Assembly (NCBI GenBank): GCA_040285825.1
Contig: JAUPSS010000002.1
Location: 1,240,001-1,304,000 of the forward strand
Direction: 5' to 3'
From: Eukaryota sp. TZLM1-RC
Taxonomy: Eukaryota; Protista; Metamonada: BaSk clade
DNA: 64,000 nucleotides
Position 1 is the stretch's first letter, and every line of letters begins with the position of its first letter. Under the pieces are notes generated by a model. It searched no databases and was not told where the DNA came from. It saw only the letters and a list, made by a program, of their open reading frames with translations. The translations under genes and the position numbers were made by a program. This document shows, piece after piece, positions 25,971-39,125 of the stretch.

Positions 25971-28900
25971 GGTATATGGGATTCAAAATTGAAAATGCCG
26001 CCTTGGATGTTAGCAGGATTCTGATCTTGGGCTGATAGATGCCCCAAACATCGGTTCGTATGGGGTGTAATTTGTTATTATGTTTTCTTTCTACCAGTCC
26101 ATTACTTTCTGAATGATAATAAATTGAATTTGATACGTCAATTGACATTTTTTGGCAAAGCAATTTAAATAGTTTGTTGACGAACTCAGGACCATTATCA
26201 CTATAAATAGACATAGTTAAGCCAAATATAGCGCAGACGTTCCATATCAAAGCATCTGCTACTTCTAAGGCATTGAGTTGTTTCAGTGGTACAAGTATCG
26301 TGTACTTTGTAAAAGACTGGACGAAAATTAATAACTATTTACTATTATTGCTGTCTTTATTGAGTGAACCATTAGTATCCACGTTTAATTTTGAAAATGG
26401 GCGGTTAGCACACAAGAAACCAGTCGAGGGAGTCTTTGATTGCTTTACTGGTGCTGTTCTTTGGCAAGTAGGGCAACGTTCTATATGTTTGATGATATCC
26501 TTTTTCATGTTTGGCCAGCAGAAATCGCTTTTGGAAAGTTTATAAAGACTTTCGTTTTTGCTTGGGTGGCCTGATTGGGTTAAACCTTGTATTAGGTTAA
26601 ATGGCGTTTTCGTTAGTTTGGTCGGTATTATCATTTCTTTATTATCATTTTACCAGATTTCTGTGTTTTTGCATAGTGTAGCGTTTTTGAATAATGGATC
26701 ATTATTGCTAATGGCTAGTTGTTCCTCTGAGGTGCTACTAGTTGTGAAATAGTTGGGAGCCAATCTCTTATGAAATTGACTGAGGCAACTAATGACCGTA
26801 CTACTTTGATGGTTTTTGGAAATTTTTGGAGCAGGAATGATTATTAATGCATCTTCTCGCTTTTTACAAATTTTTCGTTGTTTGAATTGGAAAGTGCTGC
26901 CAAAAATGTCAATTGGTTCTTTGTCATTAACGAAGATACAATTTCTCAATCCAATGGACTCTTTTACTCCTTGCGTATTGCAGTACCCTCTGTATTCTGT
27001 CAAAGAATTCTTGGAGGGTTGATCCCATTATGATTATGTCATCAATGTAAATGAATATTCCTTCTCTTTGGAAAATTTCCATCATTACATTTTGAAAAAT
27101 TGCTGGAATATTTCTTAGTCCGCAACATGCCCTTTTAAACAAAAAGGATTTGCCAGGAATAGAGATAAATCACTTTTCAATATCTTTGCAGTTACTTTCA
27201 TTTGCCAAAAAGCTTTTGGCAGATCCGAAGTAACAATAAAACTGGCCTGACTCAATTCCAAAACATCTGAAATTAATTTTAAGTTAGACACGACTGGAAT
27301 TGTGTAAGCGTTAACGCCATCTTTACCGCTCAAATCGCCCGTCAACCGAGGTTTTCGATCATCAGAATATTGATGAACTAAACTTGTTGTTCGAGTCAAT
27401 TGCATAGTCTCTTTCAATCAATTCATCAAATCTGATTGGCTATTTGTAATTTTTTTGGGTTGAGGCCCCGAGCTGGTTTATGTACACCTTGGCCTCTACT
27501 ACAACCTCTTCTACGGCATCTACGAGTATTCCTAAAACTTTCAAAACTACCTCTGAACGGTTTACCTCGGCATCTACTTCTGCAGGTGCTGCTACGTTGG
27601 TTCATGGGAACAAAGGATCTAGTACATTCAGAGTCTTCGCACTCTGCTTTTACATGGTCCGATTTCTGACAAAGTGTACAGAACTGTTGGCCTCCTCTGT
27701 AGTGCTTTTCCTTCTTCCAGTTAAGAATAGATCAGTTGGGCTGACTGGTCTTTTTCTTAGCAGCTGATGTGTGCAAATCGCCTGTTCATATTTTGCGTCT
27801 GGAAGCAGCTTTTTTCAATAGCTGAATTGTCTCCCTGTTATGTGCGATTTTCATCCAGGCTGACAAGTCGTTCCTGACTTTCCTTGTTAATTGGAGGAGG
27901 CTCACCAGCTTGTCCTTCCAGTAACTTTCTTTGCAAAGTCTGTCAAACAGACGTTCGGTGAAAGCTGAGTTGTTGATGCCAGTTAAATAGGTATGTGCCA
28001 CTGTTGACATTGGAAGAGTGAATACTACACTGGAGTGATCCACATCTTCGGTGCAATTTGATACAGCATTTATGTATGTTGATATTCTTAGGAAGTCCCC
28101 AAAGTTTTCCATATATATCGCAAATTCCCTTTCCGCGTCTTTGATTGAATTGACCTTGCGCCAATTGAATTGGGGTTTATTAAGGGCTAATTTAGCGCCT
28201 TAACGCGAATTGAATTGGCTCCTTCTACAGAGCAGCAGTAAAATTTTCACGTCTGTAGGATCCATGCTAAAAATCTGTTGCTCTTTCCAGAATGAAATGA
28301 TTCTTGCCCTGATGCAACACGAAATTTTCAAGGGGTTAGTTGCTAATATGGACCTGAACATGCACGGATAGGTGACCCTATCGTTTGAATGAAATCTGGG
28401 TCGATTCTATTTTTTTTAGTTTTTGCAATAAATTGAACTGAGAACGTAATCAATCGACTGTTGTTGTACCTTCTTGATTTTATAGCAACTGAGATGGACT
28501 GTTCACCATGTTAGCAATTTGTTTTTTATGTTGGGGTAAACTGATTGAAGCATTTCTATTATGTCAACAGTTGTTGTACCTGCTCTACCTGTACTATCCC
28601 AGAGTGCGAATTCCAATAGGAATTGAACTATTTTCATGTGGGTTTCAGGAAATTCGAGTGTGGGTGGCCCATGGAACGTTTCCTGTTCCATAGCTTTTGT
28701 TCTGTATTGGTATCCAACATGTTATTGTAAATTCAGATAAAGTACCTGGCGCGGGTCATTTTTGTTTGCGAGTGATTGTGACCGCGACGCTGATAAGTCT
28801 TGTCTACTTAATCCAGGACCTGTTCGAAGAGAAATAGACTCTTTCATTGGTATAGTAGAATCAGAAAATTGGATAGTGGGAACATCCATAGAAATGCCTT

Positions 28901-29081
28901 GTTGAAGTAATTTATCTATTTGGAGCTTATGAAGAGGTTTTGGTTCCTCTTGAATGTTTACATGAAATTGTTTAAAACTAAAAGTGTATTTCTTCTCTAT
29001 TGTGTTTCTTTTTTTTCTCTTTAATTCTATTGAAAATTTCCCTTCAGCATTTTCTTCAAAAGACTTTCTGAGTGATAACAA
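25971..29081 (-). mobile_element. 5'/central part of the old, heavily deleted Gypsy element (gag remnants, zinc knuckle, RT, integrase core)
   Basis: KPRLTGD, DLPKAFWQ, YIDD, GHP..CPTC, SDNGPEF and NGLVER fragments. Protease and RNase H are largely deleted. The reading continues across the inserted element into 19423. Confidence 0.8.
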
Positions 29082-30020
29082 CGAGCTAGAAACAAGGTTT
29101 TGCTTCCCTTTTGATATAGCAAAAACAATTCTACTTTGCCAGAACGTTCAATCAAATATTCTCCCGGTTCTATTTTTGACAATTGTACAGGAATTGTCTA
29201 AAAAATATATGGCAGTTTTACCCAAGGTTTCAAATAACGGAAAAGTTAAGGAACAAAGAAGGTATTGATTATGTGAGTTGGAATTTAAATTATTGATTGT
29301 TCTGTGTTTTAGTTCCAATTTTAATCATATATTTCGATCTACAAATCTTCTCGTCACTAGACCTTTGGCTCAGAAGTTTAATGAATTACGTGCAAAAGTT
29401 CTGTCTCAATTACTGGGATGTAAAATGTTTCAAATTCCAGATTATGCTTACCTTAGTCCACATTATGGCGGTTTAGGGTGGACGTAGGCTTCTATTCTTA
29501 CCTCGTGTGCTTTTGTTGGTGGATGCAGAAATGCAATCTTTGAGTTTTCCGAAAGATTTGCTGATTGGGAAGATTGTTTGCTGGCAACGCAAAATTCCAC
29601 TGTTTTTGCATTAAATGAAGAAATTTCAAAAATTGATGCAGAAAAATGGGGTAGATGTTTTCCCCAATCATTCAATGGCAATATTCCAGAAAAAAATGTT
29701 TTAAATTTGAAGTACACTCTTCGAACATTAAAGAAACGATTGACTGGAATGTATGAAAATGATGATTATAAAAATATATGCAGCTCGGCTATTTTAAATC
29801 AAGATCTTCACTCCTTGTTATTGGAAAAGGGTGTTTGTGAAAACCAGTCATCAGATTCTTCACTGTTTGTAACCATTGAACCACGAAGATTTAGATTGTG
29901 TGCCACTAATGAAGCATTTGTTACAACAATGAGATTATTTTTGAATATCCCCATTAATCAATTATTATCAAAAGAAAAATGTATTTGTTCGAGTTCACCT
30001 CAACTCACTTTGCACCATGC
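29080..30020 (+). mobile_element. CRE-like non-LTR retrotransposon fragment (family C1)
   Basis: YLSPHYGGLGW..FVGGC..CICS..LHHAL, near-identical to 60170-60914 on the opposite strand. Confidence 0.85.
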
Positions 30021-30026
30021 CCTTGA

Positions 30027-33000
30027 TGCGCAATGCTTCCTACGTTGAACGACAGAATACCAGTTGCACTCCCTCGCGATTTTTTGGATACGTTATTAGC
30101 TGGTAAGATTTTAATAGTATCCTTGCTATTGATTGACATATGGCATTGTTCAGCTAAATCTGCAGTAATAACTGAACAAAACGCAGCCGAATCTATAGTC
30201 GCAATCATTTTAATATCATTTATTGATATCTCCAGTCTTAGAAATGGAGAACGCTGGGACCTGATGTGGTTTTCACTAACCGTAGAATTAATATCAAAAA
30301 TACTATTGATATCAGAGCTGGTTTGGGGAATTTGTGGAGGAATTAAAAGATTTTGTTGAGTTGTTGGAAAGTTGTTGACCGGGTTTCCTAAATCGGTTGT
30401 TGATTGATTGTGATTGATTGCGTTGATGTGTACCCGATTAGGTAAGTTGCCTGTCCTGCTGTTCCGGTTGCTGTTGTTGATCCGTCTGTGAGGAACCGTA
30501 CTCGAACGGGTCGGTTTTGACTCAGTAGGGGATGCGTTTGATGATATGTCCTCTGTTGTGTTTATGTTATGTATAGGTCTGTACTGACCTCTTCCTTTAT
30601 GACCTCTAAAACGGCCTCCACGGCCTCTCAATTTGAATCTATGTACCCGTCTACCACGGCCACCTGGGCCCCTTTCTACACTGCCTCTACTAGCAGGCGC
30701 CTCCTGTTCTCCTAATCTGAATCTTTCTTCTTTGGGAACTCTGCTTCTAGCACAACGAGGGTCTTTGCATTCGAATACAGTGTGGCCAACAGGATTGTTA
30801 CCTTCGATGTTGCTGCAGAATGTACAGAATTTTGATCCTTCTCGTTCATGCTTTTCAGGGATGTATTTGTGTTGAGGGGTTCCTCTTGACCTTCCACCTG
30901 ATCGTCTTGCTCGTTTTGATGGAGCCTGGTCTGATGGTGTTACTCCTCTTGAGTAAGTTCTCATCGCCGTGAGTCCCAAAGGAATATCTTCTTCGTTAGC
31001 CCTGTTTCTTAGTACATCCATTGTGGGCTTGTTTCCTGCTGTGTAACATCAAGCGAGGAAATGTCTTCTCGTTGTCGATATCAAATCGAGTAGAGTTGTT
31101 CTGTTCGGTGAGTCCCACAAGGATTCCCTAGTCCATACTGGAAGGAGTTCGCTCGATATAGCAAAGTTGTCCAAACCCATAAGAAAGTACTCAGCTATTA
31201 GAGCGGGAGATATGGTTATCAACCCATTGCTTCCTCTAATTAAATCGGGGATGGTTAGGTCGGTCATGTAGGTGGTCATTCTCAAGACGTCTCCAAAATC
31301 TTCTACATAACGACCAAACTCGTTGTCAGCCTCGTGCCTATTGTGGATTTTTCTCCAGTTTATTCTAGGCTTCATTAGAGCTGTACAAGCCTCATGATAT
31401 GATGTGAATTGTGTTCTTTTTAGCAGAAATACCATGACGTCGGCGTCGGTATAATCAACACCGAGTAAACCTTGACTTTGCCATCTGGATAGAAGGCTAG
31501 GGTCAATCATGCTGGATATTCCTGTAGGGCAAGTGCTCATCATCATGCTCCTAAATAAATCATAATGGTGGATTGGGGGTCCGAGCTTATCTGTTATAGC
31601 TGGGTCAATCCTTACCAAAGGCTGTGTTGTATCCCTGGTGATCTCGTCGCGTATATGTTTGGGGAGATCTTTAATCCTATCTTGGGTTATTTCTGCTTGG
31701 CCTTCTCCAAATAGCTGGGTAGCTATCATAAAGGCTCTGGTCCAATCTGATTGACCTGGGGCTTCAAAGCTTCTATTAGCTATCTTTCGCCCGTATTTAT
31801 CCCAAGTTTGATATTTTAAAAGAAAAGCTATGATAGACATTTTGTTGATAGGGTCATCAGCGGATAATCGAGGTCTTTTATAGTCGATATCCTTAGACCG
31901 TGGATCAATCTGTCTATGAAGGGTACTAGCTATGCTCATGTCAAAAGCTCTTCTTGAGGATTGTAGGTCCTCAATACGCATAGATCTGTCGGAAGAAGAG
32001 TTTCTTACTGAGGGTTGAGGAGGAGCCGTTTCTCCAACGACAGGCCCGTTCAACTCTATGTCTTCTCCGATTTCACGTTCCATAGGTTGGGAGGAAGTTG
32101 GTTCTTCCTGAGGAGCAACGTCTTGTCTTGTTACAGGTTCCGGGACGTTCACTGTTGGAACGTGTTCGGGTATGCTGTCAATAGAGCAGACCTGTATTGG
32201 TTGGCTTTTTTCAGAAATTATGGGGGCTACAACAGGCAGTTTGGGAAGGTGGAGAGATGTGGATGGATCTCCCGTTACCCATTGTCTAAACTCTCGTTGT
32301 TTCGTGAACGAGTTACCATGTTGTTGGATGTAGTTGTTAGGACGGCTCCTATACGTGGATACAGCTGATCGTTCCGTATGAATGTTGTTTACAGCGTCTG
32401 CATCAAACAAGGGTGTTACCGGTTCGAGCTTGTCTGGTTCACTACTATCCTCCTGCTCCATAAATTCCCTAAAATATGTGGGAGCACCCTCTGTCAGCTC
32501 CGTGTAATTATGGATTTCCGTATCAAAGTTAGGATCAAACCAGGCAGGCAATTTGGATTGTAGGATGTCTTCCGAGTTGGTCCTACTTCTCTGCTCGATG
32601 GAGAGAAACCTTATTCTCCTGCCGTGTTGATCTAGGAAGGAGGCCTTCCAATCCAATCTATCTTTGATGGGAAGAGACATCATTTCATTGATTCTCTTGT
32701 CCATTCCAGAGATTCTGGGGCGGCGCTCTGCGTTATGTCCGAATGTCTCTCTACTCAGTTTATCGAGTGCCTTTATGAGTTCATTCCTTTCATTCAGGGG
32801 AATTTCCAATACTTTTTGGGTATCCCCAATCATTCCGAGGGTCTGGAAACCAACGTTTCTGCCTCTTTTTTGAATGTAACTCCATGAAGGGGGAAGCTGC
32901 TCGAACAGACAGAAATCTGTTGGTTCGAGGTAAGCCTCCGCATCCTCTCTTGATAACTTGTAGAACCCCTCAGAAGAGTCGTCTTCTCCCTCCATTTCAT

Positions 33001-33532
33001 CCAGTTGAGATTGAATTTCTTCATATTCTCCTTATGGGGAAGACGTGTCTAAGGTGGGATATCCATCCGTTCCCTTTGAGACAGGTTCTAGAATTGGGAG
33101 GGGAGAGGGAGCCGGGTCCGTTCTCGTAACCTCATCTGTTTCTTTTTTCCTGAGGGGAGAGGGAGCCGGGTCCGTTCTCGTTACCTCTTCTGTTGTTGAA
33201 GATGGAGGGACCTCGTCCATTCTTTCATCTTCTTCTACTTTAAGGGAGGGGGAGGTGGGATCCGGGTCCGTTGCCTCGTTACCCTCTATATCATGTATGT
33301 GTGACGCTGGTACCTGCTGCATGTTAATTGGGGGATTAGAGTCAGAGATATCTGGTTGGGAGATGTCTGACATGCTGTAAAGTGCCTGGGGATATTTACT
33401 AATGCTGAAGTTATGGTATACCTTTTGACTTTAAAATGGCCAATAATTATTGTTGCCTAAAGTCTATTGTAGTAAAGAAAAGTCTGATTTATTTTCCATT
33501 CATATTATATAAGCCTTAAGGCGCCAACAACA
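30027..33532 (-). mobile_element. 3'-truncated Ty3/Gypsy element (family B): short 5' LTR ending at 33451, long gag plus protease
   Basis: ORFs 33373-33032, 32995-31049 and 31021-30005 share one frame broken by two stops. Zinc knuckle CTFC..GHTVFEC, protease IDSAA, and GILSFNVGSIA as in family A. LTR end GGCAACA-ATAATTATTGGCC is shared with family A. The LTR start (~33532) is uncertain. Confidence 0.85.
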
Positions 33533-34010
33533 CGGTCTTCTTTTGGTAAATTTTCTGAATCTTTAGTAATTGACTGTGTCGATGTGGCAGAGGCAGGTTT
33601 TTAGGATGTGGAGCTATAATTTTGGATCTGATGATTTTTATTTGTATTCATTGTTTAATAATACACAAAATTTTGAAACATATTTAGTTATTAGAAAACT
33701 TATAAATCAACATCCAAATAATCCATCTCTCCCAAAACAAAAACACTAGATGCAACTCTCATATAGGGAGATCCAAGAGAAAGCAAAGCATCAGAAACCA
33801 TCTTCAACATCCCCTTAAAAATAGAAAACACAATTTTATTTTGGAAAACAATCTGTTAACATTTCTGTTAGGTCTTCTCTTAACAATCGTTTCAAAATCT
33901 GCCAAAAATGTATAGCCATGGGAGCAAGTGAACGAAATAGAGAAAATACAAATGGATACAAATTGCATTTTGCATGCTGTTGGCTGGACAATTTGGATAA
34001 AGGTTTTGAG

Positions 34011-34976
34011 CATACTTGTTGATCACAATGTGATCACCCACACCATTTTCATGTGATCACATTTGATCACACTTTGATTAATTTACTGATATTTTTCAAC
34101 CAGAACACTAAACTATAAATTGTTTGATATAGAAAAATCTTGTGTTAGACATTATCTTAGGTTTTTATCGTAGAAAGAAGACAAGAAGTTGAAGTACATA
34201 AAACAACTTCGGATATAACTTATAAGCAACCACAATGTATTCTTCTTCCGCTTACTGCTCTCCAATGAATTCTGCATCTCCCGATGAAATCATCGTTCAG
34301 ATCCCGGTGAAGTCGTTGAAAACGAAGATATTCTAGAAGAAGAAATTGATTTGGATTGGTCAAGCATTAAAGAAGTTGATAAATTCTTTAGAAGACGGTC
34401 CTAAGTTTTGTTTTGTATTTTTATTGTCAGTACAATCACTAATAAATATAAACTACAGTTGATCCCTTTGCTTTGGTTTATCGCGATGATGTTTTACTTA
34501 GTACTAATGGTCATTTAAACAAGGCTGAAGATCGTAAGAGAGATAAATATACTGAGATATTAAATGATTTAAATAAGAACCTTTATTCGAAGTTTTCGTT
34601 TGTTCCTTTTGCCTTTTCGATTTTTGGCAACATTGGACAATCCGCCATGAATTTCATCAATGATTTTGGTAATTTATGTCGTTCAAGTGGTAAGAATTTT
34701 CCAGAGAATTTATGGAAAAATCGTATCATTTTCGCTTTGTACAGAAATGTTCCCAAGTATTTGAGTTTAATGATGTCTAAACTTTATAAGGATTCATCAA
34801 GAGTTGGCGTGGAGAATTTAGTTTCTTATGTGTTTTAGTTTGTTTTGTTTTTATTTGATTCTTTATATAAATGGTTTATAAACTAGTTTATAAATATAAA
34901 TATTGTTTACCAAGTTGACAAATTTAACACTACAAGTGTGATCACATTTGGTCAGGTGTTGTGATCAACAAGTATG
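34011..34976. mobile_element. hAT-like non-autonomous DNA transposon
   Basis: Perfect 18-bp TIRs CATACTTGTTGATCACAA. 8-bp flanks GTTTTGAG and GTTTATAG (degraded TSD). Repeated subterminal TGATCAC motifs. Confidence 0.85.
34453..34889 (+). mobile_element. 5'-truncated CRE-like copy (family C3) inserted in the MITE
   Basis: RLE C-terminus (K.DKY..FVPFAFSIFGNIG..WKNRIIF), same family as 63716-64000. Flanked by ATAAATATAAA direct repeats. Confidence 0.8.
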
Positions 34977-35879
34977 GTTTATAGTATTATTTGATTTTCA
35001 ACATTTTCAAGAGGATTGTGATTTTCAGAATTAGCATGACTTGTATTTGAGACACTACAAGGATCAACAGACATTGCATCCACTAAAATAAAGCTTCCGT
35101 CTAATTTGGGCAATATGACATCACCTCTGATGTTCTAAAGAAAATCATCTTCTGTATCCAACAGATTTGCCAACAGAGGTTCCAAAAGGATTCAATTCTA
35201 TGAGACTTACACACAATATAATTGGTCTCTTACAGCATCGTGAATCTTGCTTCTATAAGTAATACAATGTTTAACAAACAACTTAACAAATGAGTAATTG
35301 TTATTTTCGAGAACAGATGCAAATAAAATAATGAGGTACATTATCAGGCCAAATAAATACAAAAAGAAACATTTCTTCGGAAGTCAAGCGGAAGTTGAAT
35401 CTGCAAAAAGAATAATTTTACAATAGTTCCATGCTGCGGACTGCTACGCTGTCAAAATAATGAATGTGGCGTTTTTTGGAATAGGGATGTTCGCTGAACA
35501 TGTTTAGGATTATCCAATTTGAAAATTTTCATACTGTGCTTTTTCCCCGGATTCTTAAATTTCAACTCACTCACCATCAAATCAATGTCATTTAAACAGA
35601 TTTTTGCATCGTGCAAAACACCCACAGTGCATCGTCCACGAAATGATCCTCCCGAAACGCTTTCACTTCAATGATCACTGCTACTTTATATACCTCTGCT
35701 AACGAGGTTAAGCCTCATCCATTTAAGCCAGTTTGTGTTTCAGGTATGCAATCAAACTGTGGAAGAAGTGTATGTTGTGGAATTTATTTCCAATTGCCTA
35801 AAGAGCTGAAGAAGTTGACAAATCAACATTGCGCAAAAGTACCAGATATTGAAGCAAAATGACCAGTTAACACAATAGA

Positions 35880-36160
35880 TATATTGCCACGTTGATTACC
35901 AAATTTGTCTAATTGCTATAGTTGTATGGACATCCTAGAAAAAATGCCATGAATTATAGTGATGATTTTGAAAAATTTTTAAAGACAAGAATGAATAAGG
36001 GTTTGGTCGTCGTTTGTGGTTCAATCGTTTGTTTTTACTTTTATCTAAACAATTCTTAAAATGATTTCGAAAGCTTTGATGTCGTCATTGCACACTACGA
36101 AAACATTGCTGTTGTACGGTTTGATGGTGTGGAAGCTTGTTTTGAAGATTTTGATTTCTA
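35880..36160 (+). mobile_element. Degenerate CRE-like 3' fragment
   Basis: Frameshifted DDFEKFLK..LWFNR..YENIAVVRFDGVEACFEDFDF resembles the other RLE C-termini in the window. Confidence 0.55.
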
Positions 36161-36169
36161 TACTGTACT

Positions 36170-36940
36170 TTTCAGAAAAGCATCTTTTAAATTTAAAAAT
36201 ACATTCTTCGAACATTAAAGAAACGATTGACTGGAATGTATGAAAATGATCTTTATAAAAATATATGCAGCTCGGCTGTTTTAAATCAAGATCTTCACTC
36301 CTTGTTATTGGAAAAGGGTGTTTGTGAAAACAAGTCATCAGATTCTTCACTTTTTGTAACCATTGTACCACGAAGATTTGGATTGTGTGCCACTAATGAA
36401 GCATTTGTAACAAAAATGAGATTATTCTTGAACATCCCCATTGATCAATTATTATCAAAAGAAAAACGTATTTGTTCGAATTCACCTCAACTCACTTTGC
36501 GCCATGCTCTGAATTGCTCTAAATTGATAACTTATCGTTCTTCATTACATGATGCTGTTAGAGACACTGTTTTCAATATGACACAAACTGCAAGAATATC
36601 GTGTATCAAAGAGCCTCTGCTGAAGGAAACACTCTCTCTGAATAATTTTGATTCTGATGATAGAGGTGATGTTTACTGTGATTGGATTGAGAACTCTGAA
36701 GCTATTGTTGACTTTGTCTTATGTAATGTTGCAAATGACACTTTGGTTCAAAGAAGAAAACTTAATCCTGTGAGTGCTCTTGATTTTAAAGCAAAAGAAA
36801 AACATAGAAAATATGATAAAGATATTGAAGAGGCTAATGTCGATAGAAATACACAGCTGGTTTTTATTGCTTTCCCATTTTCGGAAAATGGAAGATTATC
36901 AGTTGAAGCAGAAACTTTTTTGAATGACTTCCAAAAAAAC
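36170..36940 (+). mobile_element. CRE-like non-LTR fragment (family C1; CCHC plus RLE)
   Basis: HALNC, LHDAVRD, KEP, RGDV, KEKHRKY. Near-identical to 59745-60520. Confidence 0.88.
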
Positions 36941-36944
36941 TAAT

Positions 36945-37285
36945 GTGGTTCAGATGGTGAACTTTTCAACCAACAGGTTGAAATGAGATTATCTCTGGAA
37001 GAGGTGTCCTGTAGAGCGGCCTCAGCTTTGATAACTGAAGCAGTATGTCGAAACCCATACAAAGAAAGCCATTGGGACACAAGATGTCGAACACAAGCTC
37101 CTGTAGTAGAAAATGGGTTTGGTTTTGACCAAAAGGTGATACACCTCCTGAACTTTGACCAATTTGTTGAGCACCAAAAGCTCCTGTTGTAGAAGGATGA
37201 CTTGTTTGTTGACCAAATGGAGATGCAACTGCTGAAGGTTGTCCAGGTTGTTGGGTTCCAAAAGGCAATGCTGTCGAAGATGAAA
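36945..37285 (-). pseudogene. Chimeric host-gene fragment: FG-repeat nucleoporin-like piece joined to a LisH-like motif
   Basis: PFG/AFG repeats in Q/S/T-rich context. After a frameshift the reading is VRHLVSQWLSLYGFRHTASVIKAEA, which fits a LisH consensus. Confidence 0.45.
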
Positions 37286-37529
37286 ATTTAGTCGAAACTA
37301 AATTACTAAAGGTGAACGAAAAGTATAAGTGATGAAATGAAATTCAATTGCGAATTTGGGGAATGATGACAACACAACCAAACTCCACTCACCAACTTTT
37401 GTAACATGTAGTTCTTGTCTGAAGAAAGGAAAACATTCAGAAAATAATCTTGAACGATATTTATCATTAATAAACACTTGTAACTAACTTTACTTTGAAT
37501 TGACAACTATAAGATTGATTGATTTCAAC

Positions 37530-38941
37530 AAATTTTCAATCATTTCTGACTGTTTTCGTTCTGTGTTGACGGCCATGAATAACCTTTACAAACTACAACT
37601 ATGGGAGCGTCGGTCAACCAGTTCTTCGACTCAATAGCACAAGAAGCTATAGAACGCCAGTTCCAAGTTCTTGCTAGCATTATAAGATCATGCTACTCAG
37701 CTAGCACGACTCTTTGTGCTCCAATACCCAGAATACTCTATGTGGCTTACTCAAAGCCAGTTCTGGAGCCTCTGTTTCGACTTTGTTTGCCAAAATGAGC
37801 CCAAAGAAAGAATGCCATTTGAAAACCATCCTTTGTTTTACCAAGCGCTACAACACCTTGTTCAGCACTTTTGGTCCTGACTACCGCTAAATGAAACCCC
37901 TTCAGCCGACGGTGGTTGATTTTGGTGTCTTTCCACTCTTCTTAACAGCCAACTGCGAGAATTTATTTGTCAGTTGCTCGCTGATGGCTTTGATGTCTGG
38001 AAACGCAATTTTTTCAGGAACTGTGCTCAGTTTCTAAATTGCCCCTAACCCAAGAAGTACGCCGACTGTGTACTTCAACGGATTCAGCAAGATGAGTCAA
38101 TTTTGCAGTAATATCAAGAAATACACCAGCATATCTTGGTCCCTTGGCTCAATATGACAGACAACGCCTATATTGGTGGTGGTGAAAATTTGTTCGAAAA
38201 TTCAATAAGAAACGAACGATTTCCCATCAATATGGAGTCTGCGGCAACAATCTTTCAATCTGGCTTGAATATTTTATCTTTTTTAGAAGATAACTTCCTT
38301 GATGTGATGAAAAGGCACTCTCTCTCACCACTGTCCAGTTGGTCTTCATGCTTCTGCAGCTTGACTAAAGAAGCAGAAGCTTATTTCACAAAGATAAATG
38401 AAAAGAAAGAGCTTCTGAACAACCCTTATCGGTTTTTTATTAAATCCAAATTAATTAACTAAACCATTTTTTCAAGTGGTGATTTCTTGCAGTTTACGTT
38501 TACCCAGAAAGAAAGAAAAAATTACGAAGACAAAAGAGAATAACTAGTTTTATTAACAAAATAAAACGCTTGTCTGAAGAAACACTATAGTTTGGTTCGG
38601 CAATGGTGGTGGTGGTCCATCTCGTCAATCTGTGAAATCCCCCCGAAAGAGATTTCTCAAACAAATCAAAAAACACTTTGAAAGCGTCAAAATTCGGGGA
38701 CGAGTTGATGACCTCAGCAAAAGTGAATTGCTGAAAGGTCTTCCATAGATAGATATATCATGATGACGGAAGGGTAAATAACGCTGAGTTCGATTGCCCT
38801 CGATGTCAGACGAACTAGTCTAGGGACATCTCAGCCTCCAGAAATCAACTGCAGATTGCAATTAGTGAGTAGTTCACTGGTACTAGGCCAGAACCATTCA
38901 GAAGGCCAAGGCGTGTGAGACGTCTAAGAAGACAGCAGTAG
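37530..38941 (+). pseudogene. Fanzor (TnpB-like) nuclease pseudogene, internally deleted
   Basis: Manual translation 38580-38941: TIVWFGNGGGG..SPRKRFLKQIKKHF..FGDELMTS (RuvC-II), C../CPRC zinc finger, SRDISASRN (RuvC-III), GTRPEPFRR. RuvC-I is not visible and the 5' boundary is approximate. Confidence 0.8.
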
Positions 38942-39090
38942 CTGTTTTAATCAACGTATTTCCAAGGTGTTTAGTATATACTAACCGTTGGTGTTGAGAA
39001 GTTTACACAATTATTAGGGATATTTATTCAATATTCACCCTGTGTGAAATTCTCAGAGTTAAAAAGTGGATTGAGTTATAAATCCTTTCA
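38942..39090 (+). ncRNA. Candidate omegaRNA scaffold of the 37.5-38.9 kb Fanzor
   Basis: Lies directly after the stop. TTTTAA/TTAAAA closing stem, hairpin CCAA..TTAGTA/TACTAA..TTGG, long hairpin TGAGAA..ACAC..AGGG/CCCT..GTGT..TTCTCA, terminal GGATT/AATCC hairpin. Confidence 0.5.
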
Positions 39091-39125
39091 TATTTAACTG
39101 TTTTTGATTAATGTGCTGTTAGTGT

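Larger units (their letters stand above)
33640..35360 (-). mobile_element. CRE-like non-LTR fragment (family C2, RLE region) split by a MITE
   Basis: Homologous to 61500-62239 (HDAVRDQL, RGDVILP, VDPC, DFETIVKRR). Interrupted at 34011-34976. Confidence 0.8.

Noticed and set aside
33095-33190. Direct repeat encoding EVTRTDPAPSPL twice
   Set aside because: A small in-frame duplication in the disordered gag N-terminus with no evidence of a separate function.
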